A stretch of 62,261 nt of DNA, filler included, from Piptocephalis cylindrospora (GCA_003614145.1; 5 parts of 5 records of this genome joined end to end with filler, not necessarily neighbours in it), one strand, 5' to 3'. Shown: positions 1 through 12,557, numbered from the whole stretch's first letter. Translations and numbers: made by a program. Notes: a model not told the origin generated them from the sequence alone.

Positions 1-3000
1 CTATTATCATAATCTCCATGGTAAGCCCAGTCCCCGGGATCTAGCGTCTTCATTCCCAAAGGTCCCAGAAGGTATTTAGCCCCAGCACGTAGGGCCTCCA
101 ATGCATGATCTCTTGGGAAGAGATGGGGAGAGACGGCCATCGCGGCGTACAAATTGGGCCTGAACTGATAATCTGCGAATGGAGTGCACGACCCGACAGT
201 GTCCCGATAAATTCCCCGACGATTGACCAACTCGGTCTTGACTCCATAAGCCGCATCCTGGGAAGTATCGGTGGGAATAAAGAACTTCGAGTCGAACGCC
301 CCCTCCAGTCTCGAGGTCCACTCGGCGTATGTGAGGATGGAGGCTCCATCCCCTCCAGCCAACTGCACCCCGGAATGGGGAAAGTCCTTTTCAGACAGAG
401 AGGCCAGCCACTTGACTACTGCCCCCACCAACCCCACGATTTCCACATCCGCTCCATCTCGGGGCGTGGAAGGGACTCCACGATTCCCGGCCTTATCGCT
501 TGATCCCATCTTGTCCATCCAGGTCCCACAGTTCCATTGGCTACCCCCAGAGACAATGCCCGTTTCTGGGTCAAGTGAGACCTGTACCAGGAAGCCTGCA
601 TCCTTCATTTGACTATCCAGCTGAGGGCCAGCACGCCATTCCCGAAAGCAGATGCCTCTGGCATGCTCCTCGCAGATTTCATGTAGAAGCTCGCCCACCG
701 TCCCCTCTTTCCCAGGTCCTTTAACCTCCACGTACCGATCCTCCCCCTCCTTTTCCGGAATACGCTCATATTTGCGCAAAACTTTAGCCTTTAGGATGGC
801 TGTGCCTTCCGGGGCAAGCTGAGCATACGAGAGCACTGAATGGGCATACCACCAAGCCGCATCTCGCGCGTTAAATCGAGGGTTACGGCATGCATCCAGC
901 AGGTTTGGGATGAGACCATGTCGGGAAGACCGAGCAAAACAGGTGATATGATCCCTCGCCTCCTCCCATCGTCCGGTTAGGAGAAGCAAGCCACGTAGAG
1001 AGATGAAGACATCCCGACCCCAGCAACGCATGTGATTCGTAGCAAAGTGAGGTAAGCCTGCTGCAAGGGAAGGGCCTCCCCCAGTCTCATGGATTCCCGT
1101 GGAGGCTACAGACCCACACAGCTGAGCTGATGTCAGAGCCAGTCCTTCCACAAACGGATCCCCCTCAGCCAATCCCCCAGTCACGATCCAAGAGCTATTG
1201 GTGGAGGAGGAAGAGGAGGAGGCTCCGGAGGCCGACGTAGACAGGAGAGTAGCATCCTTAGGGGAAAGGAGGTCTAGGGCCCTACGCCTCCCCGCCCTGT
1301 ATCCCTCCACTACGGCCAAGGCCACCCATTTGGGCGCCAGGAAGGAAGGAAGGGATGCAACTTTTTCCACAACTTTCTCCATCCATTCCCTCACCTCCCG
1401 AAGTCCTCCGCCTTGATCCCACTCGGCTTCTTCATACCGACGTAAGCGTTGCGCCATGTACTTTACCGCCCAATGGCCCTTCCGGAAATGATCACATAAG
1501 GGATGGCCCAGGTCATCCCGTTCAATGACCCCACGCAATACCGACATCCACCCCTCAAAGCCACAGTAGGGAAGTTGACCCACTCCATCGACGACATATG
1601 CCCCATTATTCCCTTCAGAATAGGATAGGTTGAAAATAAGCAAAAGGTTTGACTCCTCTTCATCATTTTACTCTCTTTTCCCCCCTTACCTGTGACATCA
1701 CGCTCCTCTGCATCACATCGGTAGAGAAGCACATTGAGTTCATCCAAATTTAAACGGGAAACAGCCTCCTCCAGTCCATGAGCAATGGACCGTTCCTCCA
1801 CTCGTACCATTTCAGTCTCGAAGATCCCAATGGATCCAGGAGGGAACTTGGACTCCTCAGGAACATCAATCTCCGTTACAAGTAGCTTACCATCCTCCCC
1901 ACCCTTGATCTGAGCCACCCGGAATTCGCCTCCCTTCTCTAATCGGGCCCCTTCTACACCGGCGTAGAAGCCATCCTTCCCGACTGTTGGCGTATCTTGA
2001 GGATTTCCATCTACCCGTAAGGTCGCGCTCATCAATTGCCGCGCCATTGTACCCTCCAATCGCGTAGTCGTCAATCTCCCATCTCCCCGGCATCCAGGGA
2101 ATGCGGTTCGTGCAATGAGGAGATATCCCCGTCGTGTCTCAGGCTCTTGACGGTGCACCACAATATACTCTCCTTCATGATGAACATGCACCTCCCGGTA
2201 ACCTTGCTTGGCCATCTCTACATGCAACCGATTCAGTTCAACTCTAGCTCTCCCAATCCCTCTATCCAAACATTCAGCGCCTCCTTCATGCACGCGATAC
2301 TTCCCAGCGCTCCCTTGAACATGTAAGAGACGAGGATAGCACTCATCATATCCCCGGGTAGATCCAGCCGCACAAACGCTAAATGCAACCAGAGCTGCAG
2401 TTGGAAGGGCATCCTATGAAGCAGAAGGAAGGACAATGCAGAAAAAAGAGACATTTAGAATTAGCACGCTGCACAATCGGTCCTTTTCATCATTCTTTCT
2501 AGTTACGCTCCTCTCTTTTCCCTTACCTGAGTAGTCCGCTTCTGGGAGGGCGTCTCATTATCGTGGGTACCATCATAGAAAAGGGCATGAGGTCTGCCTG
2601 GCCGAATGCGACGAACAAGTCGCCCGGAGCCTTCTGCATCAGCATCCCCAGTCATCTCGTATGTCTCCCCTACCTCGCACAAAGAGCCAATGGGATACCC
2701 ACCGTGTCTATGGATCAACCGAGAGAGCTCAAAGCTATCCCCGGGTTGAACTGCCTCTCTGACCATAGAGTGGATCCCCAGTCGGCCCACATACACTGCA
2801 TCCATCATCTCACTGCCAGTGAATAACTCAGCAAGGATGTAAAGATCAGGTCGGACGCGTCTCGCCGCATCTAGCAGGTGCTCGGCCACGGGGAGGGGTG
2901 TGGAGTGACAATTGTCAATTCGGAAACCATGGAATAGCTTTGCCATGCGCTCAGTGTACTCGGTCATGTGATTCCATAACCACGGGTTGTCCTTAGGGCC

Positions 3001-4811
3001 CTTTCCATATCGCAGCTTGACACAATCTCCCCATACAATGACCTCACGACGCAAGTAAGCCTTGGAAGAGGGGCCAGCAAAATCCACTAGAGGATCTGCA
3101 GCCCAGATCCACCCATTGTTCGCTAAAGCAACTTGATCACTCTTCCCAGTCACCTTACAGTCTAGACGCGTAAAGTAAGGCTCGAGCAAGGGAGCTGAAG
3201 TAGGGGAGATGGGCTCTTTCCTGGGGCTTCCCTCGTCTAAGCGCTCGTAGCGGATACGAGAGGTGATATTCTGAATAGCCGTTCCCATGTCCTCATCACA
3301 TTCTTGGTACCAGGGAAGATTGAGTTGATCGAGCAGCTTACGGTAGGTCTCTTCCCATAAACTTTCTTTTCCGGAACCGAGAAGGTTCCCGAGAAAGAGG
3401 GCCACCTTTTCCACCGCCAACTTCTTTCCATATCGCTGGCCCACTTTGTGTGACAAAGCATAGTTTTTCAGGGCTTGAGCCTGATCCTTGAGGGGGAGAA
3501 TGTCATTCTTGCCCTGGATGTCCACTAGATCCGGGACGTTAGTATAAGCATTTCCATCCTGAGAGTACCCAGCGATATCTTGCACAGCTTCCTCCACATC
3601 CACTACATAGTACTGCCACAGTTTTAAAGATGGGATAGCCTTGTCCTTGAGGTGGGTCAAAATAGCATTCACTTCCTCGACAGTCTTGGGATTTGTAGAG
3701 AGCCCAAAGTGAAGGGAAGGATTAAAGGAGATCAGCAAGGAGTCTAGCTCGTAGGCAGGTCGAAGATACGGAGCCACTTCTAAGCTGTAGCCAGCCTCTG
3801 GGTGATCTTGTAACCATGCGGTGTTGTTGGCCGTGTGATTCCAGACAACGTCGGTGATAGAGAGAATACCATATTCAGATTCGGCCGATCGTATACTCTC
3901 CTCCAGAAGCTTCCATCCCCGATTCTCATCATTTCCTTGTCCTTCAGAGGCGGCTCCGGTCGATTTCCCGCCAAGAAATCCTCCAAGGCTTAATGTAAGT
4001 TTGCTGGGAGGAGCAGAGGGGGAAGAAGGGGAGAAAAGGGCTGGATCCAAGGACAGCTGATCAGCAATGGAATAAGGTGAATCACTCTCCCCGCGCCTCT
4101 GGACAGGGATAAAATGCAGGGCATTGTACCCGAGGGCTTCGGCCGTAGAAAAATGCTTGGACCAATTGGAGAGTGGGCCCATCCAGCGAGGATTGGTGGA
4201 TTGGATACTGAGGGCATCCAGGGGAAACAAGGTGTCTACACCTTGACGCGACACCTTAAGATCCGGCTCCACAACAAACCTACCCATTTCTCCCTTAACA
4301 TCTTGATCCTCATCATCTTGATGGTTCAAGTAGGCTACGTAGAAGGCATAGACGCCCGAGGTCTCAATGGATAGCTCAAAGCGAGTATTCCCGTGAGCAT
4401 CGACCAGCGGGCGGATGGGCTGGAAGGTATGTCGGTCAAACCTTTCACTGAACGATTGATGGATCAAGAAAAACGAGAATTAGAAAGAAAGAAAAGAAGA
4501 AAAAAACAAGAAGGATAGGCATGTCAAGCCAATTGACTCACCCTTTCAGTGGGTAATTCGTATGAAGCACTGATGTCGATTCGGCGGCAACTTTACCGGA
4601 CATAAGTGTCAGCTGTAACGTATATGGCTCAGAAGGAGGAGGAAGACGGAGATACTATAGGAGTAATGAAATGTAGATGACGTTAATAGGCCCTATAAAC
4701 CTCTTACTGAAAATACACTTGTACCTGATAGTCCTGCGAAGGGGTGCCGTCATCTCCAAGCTCCAAGGTGTAAACCAAACGACCCTCTGTGTGATAAGTA
4801 GGGCACGCCAT
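1..4811 (-). CDS. GDB1: Glycogen debranching enzyme (4-alpha-glucanotransferase / amylo-1,6-glucosidase), multi-exon, 3' end cut off by contig start
   Basis: ATG at 4811 (MACPTYHTEGRLVYTLELGDDG). GH13 motifs GFRIDNCHSTP, LAELFTG and GTHDNE in ORF 2503-4467. Glucosidase motifs AAGLPHF..MRCWGRDVFISLRGL and RHGLIPNLLD near 900-1070. Still in frame at base 1 (GMKTLDPGDWAYHGDYDN). Confidence 0.97.
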
Positions 4812-5426
4812 GCGGATAGATAGAGGGGAGGATAGAATGGTGGAAGAGGGGAGAAAAAGAAAGACGAAGGGGAAAAAGATAGGGAAGGATGATACGGGGA
4901 CGTGGGGAAGAATAGGTAGGAGGAATGGAAAAGGACGCGACCTTTATAGGGAATCAGTAGCGAAACCGGAGTAGGATGGGCAAGACTGAGAGAGTGAGGT
5001 CATCCGCACTTATAAGGAGAGTGTGCGCTGGCATGGCCTGTGTACGCGTGGCCATCTTGGGAAGAATGGTCACGCCCTTGGCTGACCCACAGGAGAGGGT
5101 GCGGCGGGGCAGGGGAAAGAAGTATCCCCCCTTCCCCAAAAAGTATCAGCATGAAAGGCGCGCTATCAGCAACTGAACAAGAACGATGCGATTGTGTGAG
5201 ATGAGACTCCTTTGTCACCATCCTTATCTTCGTTAACCTTTCTTTGGTGGATGACTGAGTACCCTCCCATTCATTACGCATTCTACGCATCTCATCATCT
5301 TGGACACCAACGCGTATTACGCGTCACTCTTCCATAAATTGGTTTTCTAGAAGGAAAAGCTGACGCTACTTTACGAAGTAGTTGCGGATTATGAAGGAAA
5401 TGGGCCTCGCAATCTGACAAAGATTC

Positions 5427-5431
5427 AAAAA
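5427..5431 (-). terminator. RNA polymerase III terminator (T5) of tRNA-Gly
   Basis: AAAAA on the + strand, 5 nt past the tRNA 3' end. Confidence 0.7.
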
Positions 5432-5436
5432 TAGTA

Positions 5437-5507
5437 TGCGTTGGCGGGGAATCGAACCCCGGTCTACCGCGTGGCAGGCGGTAATTATACCACTAAACCA
5501 CCAACGC
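5437..5507 (-). tRNA. tRNA-Gly(GCC), intronless, 71 nt
   Basis: Reverse complement GCGTTGG..CCAACGC-A acceptor stem, ACCGC-CTGCCAC-GCGGT anticodon arm, GGTTCGATTCC T-arm/B-box. Confidence 0.97.
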
Positions 5508-5532
5508 TATATTTCTTGTGATTTTCAATGAA

Positions 5533-6519
5533 ATTATTATGCTGCTCTTAATGAAGACAGGTTAATCACCAATGAATTTAAATTTTGATGGGGAAATCTC
5601 TCCAGCGATGGTTCTCTTTGGACGATGGCTAAGTGAGGTAAAGTCACGGATCCAAACGGATCTAAGACACTCATCTAGGATAAAACGTCCTTCCTACTTT
5701 AAGAGGAATTGGGGAAATGCATTGTGCCGATGGTTTCATGTTGAGGAGACGGGCGATGTAGAAGGGCGCCATAGAGTAGTATTTAATGACGCTCTATTGG
5801 CGCCCATCTTACAAGAAGCCCACACGGCGGCAGCAGTTTTAGAAGGTGATGATGGTGATGGCGGTGATGGCGGTGACGAAGGTGATGATGATGGCAGTAG
5901 CCCCTCATAGGCAAAATCTCCCCCTCTGCTTTCCATTCCTCTCTTCTCAACGATCTCATGTGGGTTCCACCCATGCTGTATGGGCTCTAATTCAAAACAT
6001 ATGCCAATTCTGCAAGAAAAAATCTTTGAGAATCAATGGCAGGGGATCTTTAGCTATGTGTTGGAGTTAGCTTGAAGAGTCTTCTCCTCGCTTTTCTGAT
6101 CCCAACCACTCGGTGTCCCGGATATCTAGAGTAACTTCAACTCCTTCTCCATACCTAATCTCGGCTTCAACCGCCCTGATTCGGCACTAAACAAGGAACA
6201 CAAACTCTTTAAGGTAATTCAAGTTTTCTCCCTTCACCACTCCCTCTACTCCAGTTCATGTACACCATATGCCTCCTACATGTCCTCGATTTCTGTTTCC
6301 ATCGGCTTTACAAGTGATTTGATCGCGCCTTAAGAAATAATGATTTAGCTTGCAATGAATAGGTGGTTACAAAGGAAAAGATGGTATAATCATTGAATAA
6401 TTCCCTGATTCCAAGATGTTTAAACGAAACGCAAAAAATACCTTTTTTAAGACCATCATCAATCCTCAAGCACAATTAGCATAGTATGGAATCTATATAA
6501 GTGAGATTATTATGCTGCT
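5533..6519 (+). mobile_element. Putative 5'-truncated non-LTR retrotransposon (L1/Tx1-like) with 14-bp target-site duplication
   Basis: ATTATTATGCTGCT occurs at 5533-5546 and 6506-6519. Internal ORF 5572-5910 (NLNFDGE..LFGRWLSEVKSRIQTD..FKRNWG) resembles the post-zinc-finger tail of L1/Tx1 ORF2. No RT domain or poly(A) seen. Confidence 0.5.
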
Positions 6520-6920
6520 AGGATAATCGCATATCTATAAATAGTTTTCAACTCATCTACTAATATCATATATGCTGGCCTATTCGGGCGGGTTATGTGT
6601 TCGGATGCCTAACAGTCTACCCCACTGAGGGAAAATATAAAGGTTTTATCAATCTACTAATATCATGTACATCGTAGTGTCCATGCTATTTAATATTGTT
6701 AGTAATGTTTAATTAGGAGGATAGAGTAGGCGATTCCCCATTCAATCGATCACATCTTTCTCACCCATGTCACCTGAGCACTAGGAGTCCAAGTAAAATG
6801 GTTGAACAATAGTTATGGGGCCATTCCTTGAAGGTGCAGAGTGCGATGTATCAATGCACCTCATAATCCCATGCTTGTTTCCTTGCCTTTCCCTCCCTTC
6901 TCCTCCTACTCTTGCTCAGT

Positions 6921-9310
6921 ATGAGTTCGTCTTCTCACATCTATTCCCCCTTATCTGAATCTTCCTCTACTCCATCAATTGATGGGGAAACTTGGAAACG
7001 CCATCAGCTAGGTCAACTGAATTTGACAATGACTTCTCGCTCACCGAGCCCCACGGCCCTCCAGCCTCACCTACCTTTTCTTTTGGAGGTAGGGACCAAG
7101 TGGTCTTGATGATTTCTACGAACGTCGTCCGGCTAACTTAAAACCTACTTCATAGGCATTGGGGGAAGAAAAGGAGATAGCCACAGCCTCCCTAAGGCTT
7201 CTGACTGAAGCAGCGATGAATGATCCCACACCTTCATCGTCCACCTGTCTAATACGGCCACCACTGCTCCGAATCTTGCAAGAGTGCCTACGGGGCGAAG
7301 CTGGGTATGGATTCACGCCAGCAGCCGCTCTGGAGAGCTACATAAGGATCATGTAGGTTCGGAGATGCTTTCAGAATACCTTTTTATTGTTCATGATTTA
7401 CTCATCTGACCCACTACCCCTATGTTCAGTCTCTCGGAAGGAGTTAGGGTGGAAGGGGAGCAAGTGCAGCAGGTATGGTCTTTAGTAAAGAGCTTCTTGC
7501 AAGATACAGATCATGTGTATCGACGAGCTGGTCTGTCTGCGGTCCATATCCTTTTGGGCATTGATCCTTTAGCGCCTGGAGCCAAAGGGACATTTGGTAC
7601 GTGATTGCTCGAAGTATGATTCAGCACGGAACACACATGAGCAGGTCTAACATCTATATCACCCTCACTGTCTTCTCTGGGGAATTTTGGGGTCAACAGA
7701 CGATTTGGGTGAGAAAGCCTTGTCCCGAGTGGTCATGAATCATAAGGAAAAAGGAAGTCTGGTTGCTACTGCACTACAGGGTCTCCTGTCCATCCCATCC
7801 TGGAAGGCTGAAAAGGAGATAATTGAGGCCTTGATGGCACGAATAGAGCAGGGAGAGGAGGAGGGACTTCCATTGGAGCTGATGATTGTGACCATGCTTC
7901 AAAGCGAAAGGGACATCTGGGATGAAGAGGGTGTCCTAGAGGCCTTGGTAAGTAATATTCTAAGGAAAGAAGGCGCCATGAGAATACTTGATCATTTATA
8001 TCCTGCCTCTTCTCTAGAATCTACTTGATCATGGTTTGGGGTCCAATGTCGTTACCCTTCTTATGGCCACAGCTGACTTGTTTTTGCATCTTCAACTACT
8101 GGTTTCTTCTGAACTCCAAAGAGACATGCTGTGGAGTATTCGTAGTAAGTGATTATAGATGAAAATAGTGCTTTGCGTAAGCAAGCGTATATGTGTGGTT
8201 GACAACTGTAATACTCACTCTCCCTTATCCCTCTTTTAGGGTCATTGCTGGCCTTATATACACTGGGTGATGAGGTAGAGCTAGAGCTCTGCCAGATGCG
8301 ACTGGATACCCTGATGGGCATTCAGTCAGATATATTAGATGATTGCCTTACTCAACTGATGCCTAGGTAAGAGTTGTATAAGGGGGATAGAATATATCAA
8401 GAAGGCCGAAAGACTCATCCCTTCTTGCAGTACCTGGGATTCCCCTGATCTAGCCAAACGGAAGCTGAATTGGGTGGGAGAAGTGCTGGGAAGGATCAAA
8501 GCATCTCAGGCACCTCTATTGAATCTAGAGTAAGACTGGGGTCGAAGAAGATGGGATTACTTGACCCTATCCTTCCCACTTGGACCAAACTAAATAGGCT
8601 ATATATACTGCCTAGGGATTCTATAAAGGAATGTGAGGATCCTGTTTTATTAGATGCTTGGCTCCTTGTCGTTCGTACTTTAGCGCATCGTTGGCCATCG
8701 GCCTATCCCCATATAGCACGAAAGCTTTTTGAGAAAACCCAAAATCCAGGCTTCCAAGACCATGCATGTCTCCACCAAATTTGTATGGATCTTCTCAAGG
8801 ACGATGAGGTTGAAAGGGTCCTTAAGGCTTTGATGAACCCGGAGCGGACCCCAACTTCCCCAGCTGTGTACCTCGGGCTCGGGATTTGCTCTCGATACGC
8901 CAGCCAGCCCAACACTATAAATCCCTATCTCGTGGTAGATTGGGTAGGGGAGAGAGTGCGAAGACTGGAGATATGGGACATGGAACCATTCATCAGATGG
9001 ACCTCTATCGACATTCTCTCCCACCTTTTTGCTCAGCATCCACCTCTCGCCGCACCCTCCCTTTTATCTATGCTCAAGCAATGCCGCGAAGACGAAGATG
9101 ATTCCGTTAAAAGGCATGCCGAAGGCTGCTGGAGACTCTTACGGCATCCAAAACAGGTAAGATTAAGGGAGTATGAGACTGTTTACGCCCTTTTCCCTTT
9201 TCCTGGTGATTTAAGCGTTATCATGGCTAACTAACCACCTAACGATCCGCTGGGCATGCATGGGGAACGATTAGTTTCGGGAGGCTTTTAATGATTCACT
9301 CAGTAATTAG
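6921..9310 (+). CDS. Multi-exon HEAT/ARM-repeat protein of unknown function (weakly BRAT1-like)
   Basis: About nine GT-AG exons join in frame from ATG 6921. Leu-rich helical sequence with HEAT-like ends (FLQDTDHVYRRAG, WDMEPFIRWTS, REDEDDSVKRHA). Last exon and stop tentative. Confidence 0.7.
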
Positions 9311-9654
9311 ACAGCTTAGTGCTTAAGGGCTGCGTCATGTGTTCTCGTAAAAGTTGTAGTGCTTTTGTGTGCCTCTGAGATAATGTATGCGAGCTTGTAA
9401 ATATCTTGGTAATGGGCATTAAATTTATTGTATGCTGCCTCAGTGGGTGCTTGGTCGATATACTCAAATCAAGAGGATGTGGCGGAGCTTCCAGCACTGA
9501 CAAGGGTGTGCTGCTGCTATTCATATCGCGTTATGGGACGGCGCCTGGGCGGGTTTTTATATGCCCGCCCCCCCACCTCTTGTCCCTAGACTTCTTTATT
9601 TCCCTTTGCTCAGCTACGTTCTCCTCATCAGTTGTCTCACGAAGTGGATCCCAT

Positions 9655-12457
9655 ATGAATATTGAGCTTCTCTCCTCCTCGTCTTTGTTGGGTCTTCAGG
9701 CCACACCTGACTCACTGGATGCCGAAGGGTTAACAGCCACCCAGGCCATGAATGAGATTGAACCCTTGCTTCGATCTCAACACCCTCAAGTATGCATTGG
9801 GGGGCTTACGCGGATCCCAGGCCTACTCCAGACTTACCGGAAGGACCCACTTGCTGTCAGTTTGGCGTTTCACCGACTCTCCGTCATGTTTGCCACGGCG
9901 TAAGTGAACGGATTCTCTCGGGTCAGATTGAGGGGAAGGAAAGGAGAGAAAAGAGAACCTTGCTTCCTCTACCTACATAACTCATAGGAAAACACATTTA
10001 AAGAGATAACCGGCTTCGATATCAGATTGTAGTGGTGACGCGACGGTGCGCCGAGCATGTTGTCCGATTCCAAGCCCCACGAAATGCCATTAAAACACTT
10101 CTAGATGCTCTTTCCGCTACTGCGGACGACCTTGCCCAGGCTCTAGCCCTTCAGTAAGCCCCATGCTATAAAAAATGAGGGAAGTGTGTTTAACCAACAT
10201 CATAGTTTGTGCTCATCACCTCATCTCAGAATACTTGCTGTCTGGGCCCCTGCCGTGGTTGAGGATAAGGGCATCCAGCATGCGTAAGTATATTTCTTCC
10301 CCTTCCTCCCCATCGGTCATTCATAATTTTCTCGTTATATTAACGAGTGCAGGATCATTCAGCGACTGGACTCCGAATCTATAATGGTATCAGAAGCGGC
10401 CATACAGGCCGCTGAAGCGATCCTTGTGGTCCGTTCCTTTCACTTCCCTAGCCTCTTCGTACCGCGGGTACAACATCTTCTCTCTAGTAAGCCTTTGTAA
10501 GATACCTAACTAGGTCGGAGTGTTTTTGGGGATAGGAGGGCATGGTTGTCCTTACATGATAAACCTTTCCCCTTAGTTCAGCACCGAGATTGCCCCGCTG
10601 CTGTTAGGCTCCTGGCTCTTGTCGACGTCAATGAGGAGGCGTGTGAATTAGTGAGTAGATGTTTACGGTTTGTCTTAGCACTAGTTATTCTCTTTCTCAT
10701 TAATCTCATCTTTTATTGCTACTCCCTTGAATTAGGCTATCCTTGTCCTAGCCTCACTATTAAAGCCTGAGAATGCCACTCCACGTCGGTTGGGACTAGT
10801 TATGGCCGCCGCCTATTCATTGCCTCGATTAATACGTGTGCGAGGAAATCTTAGCGAGCATGAAGTAAGGCCCTCCAGGACTTGGACATGCGCATGGGTT
10901 TGTCCTTCAATAATGAGCCCATACTCCTTCTATTCCGTCTCATACTTCATAGGCCCAAGTAATCCTTAAAGCTGCTAATGCGGAAATTCGTCCACAAGCA
11001 AGACACGCTCTTATTTCAGCGTACCGTTGCTTACTTCAAAATGGGTCCCATATTCCTGTGGCCTCTGAAGAGAAGGTGCGTGCGGGAGCTCCTCAAAGAT
11101 GGATTGAGGCATACTCTGAGATATTGATGTTCTAATCTCATAATCTCATAACCTCCTATGCCTTCTCTTAGCACTTGGCGGAAATGGGGCGGGAAAGGGA
11201 TGAGGCATCCATTGTATCCCTTGACATCCTTTGTTCTACCTCTAAAGCGCCAAGTGTTGTAGAATTCTGTGCCTCCCGTGTCCTTGAGCGTGTATCCGCT
11301 CGAATTACGGCCAAACCAGCATCAGCCACGGAGGTAAGGTAACTGGAGGAAGTGGGGGAGCTCTAAGTATCTATTGACCTGATCATTGCTGGCGTAGATC
11401 ATTGAGCTCTTCCGCTTTGTCCAAAAGCATGCTTCCAATCTGCCGGATCATCGATTGTCCTTAGTTCGTGCCTGCATTGCACGTTCCTCTCAAATTACCG
11501 GTATGGACTAATGTGCTAGTGATGTGACCTGAGATTTCCTGTCTAACCTTTCTGGAGGGGGTAATACGACGAGAGGACAGAAGCTAGGACGATGGAGTGC
11601 TTGCTGACCTGCATTGTGCATGCGGTCAACGAGGATCAAGAGATGATCCGAAATTTAGGACGAGATATCCTCGGTCTCTTCCATCATTCATTATTCCGTC
11701 AGGATGAGTCCATGCTGGTAAGCAATTCAATTGAAGGAGAGAGGCCATGTCATCCGTCCTCATTCTTGTCCATTACCCCATATTTCCTGCCTTTTTGGGT
11801 GCATATAACGCCTTGATGGGAGGGCCTAATCAGCTTAAAGCCATTGATGTCCTCTTCCACTTTGGGGGTGCTGGAACCGAGGTTCGTCGTATGATCCGTG
11901 GTATTGAGGGTGACTCGAGTGATTTGAATGTCGCGTGGATCCGTTACCGCGTGGGCATTCGATCCTTGTGTAGAGGCGCACCTCATATGGCCTATGAACA
12001 AATCCAAAAGTTATCTGCATTGGTCAGTATCAATTGAGAGGACAGAGGGCTTTTATTCGCATTATTAATTTGCGCTTATTGTTGTACAGGTTCATAATGA
12101 GGCTTCGATCAAATGGATTGAAGTTCTGGAGCGAATAGCGGAGGCCGAGGCGTGGCTAAAACCATCGGTGAGTAAGGAGGAAATATCAAAGGCCATGACG
12201 GCATATGGGAATGCAAAATGCCATTTCCAGGTAAGTAAAGGCTCTGGGTACACAAATATTGCTTTATATCACTGAGCGTACATGGTATCTCTTAGGCCTT
12301 TTCCCGCCAACGACGAAAGGTATCCACGGGAAAAGGACAAAGTCCAGGGGACGGGGAAGGGTTGCAATCAAGATTCCGGGAAAAATACCTGCAAGTACGA
12401 TGGGAGACCTTATCGATGGGGTACTGTCTCTTGGATATGCTGGATTCCAAGGCATGG
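9655..12457 (+). CDS. INTS7: Integrator complex subunit 7 orthologue, multi-exon, 3' truncated by contig end
   Basis: Spliced N-terminus ATQAMNEIEPLLRS..RIPGLLQTY..AFHRLSVMFATADNRLR..IIQRLDSESIMVSEAAIQAA and later WIRYRVGIRSLCRG..MAYEQIQKL..WIEVLERIAEAEAWL are colinear with remembered human INTS7 (ANSALMELDKGLRS..RFPRLFQKY..AFLKLADVF..NNFLR..IRQSLDS..EAAVFAA; WTVYRIARQASRMG..WLNSLKEFSHAEQCL). Confidence 0.8.
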
Positions 12458-12557
12458 NNNNNNNNNNNNNNNNNNNNNNNNNNNNNNNNNNNNNNNNNNN
12501 NTTAATTAATTAANNNNNNNNNNNNNNNNNNNNNNNNNNNNNNNNNNNNNNNNNNNN
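12458..12557. other. Artificial contig spacer
   Basis: 44 N + TTAATTAATTAA (stops in all six frames) + 44 N. Confidence 0.99.

Noticed and set aside
9288..9380. Possible C/D snoRNA (ATGATT...CTGA)
   Set aside because: Imperfect box C, no convincing terminal stem or recognisable guide, and it overlaps the probable last exon of the HEAT gene.
12502..12513. Recurring TTAATTAATTAA motif at ~12.4-kb spacing
   Set aside because: Synthetic six-frame-stop linker inside N runs, not a biological repeat or CRISPR.
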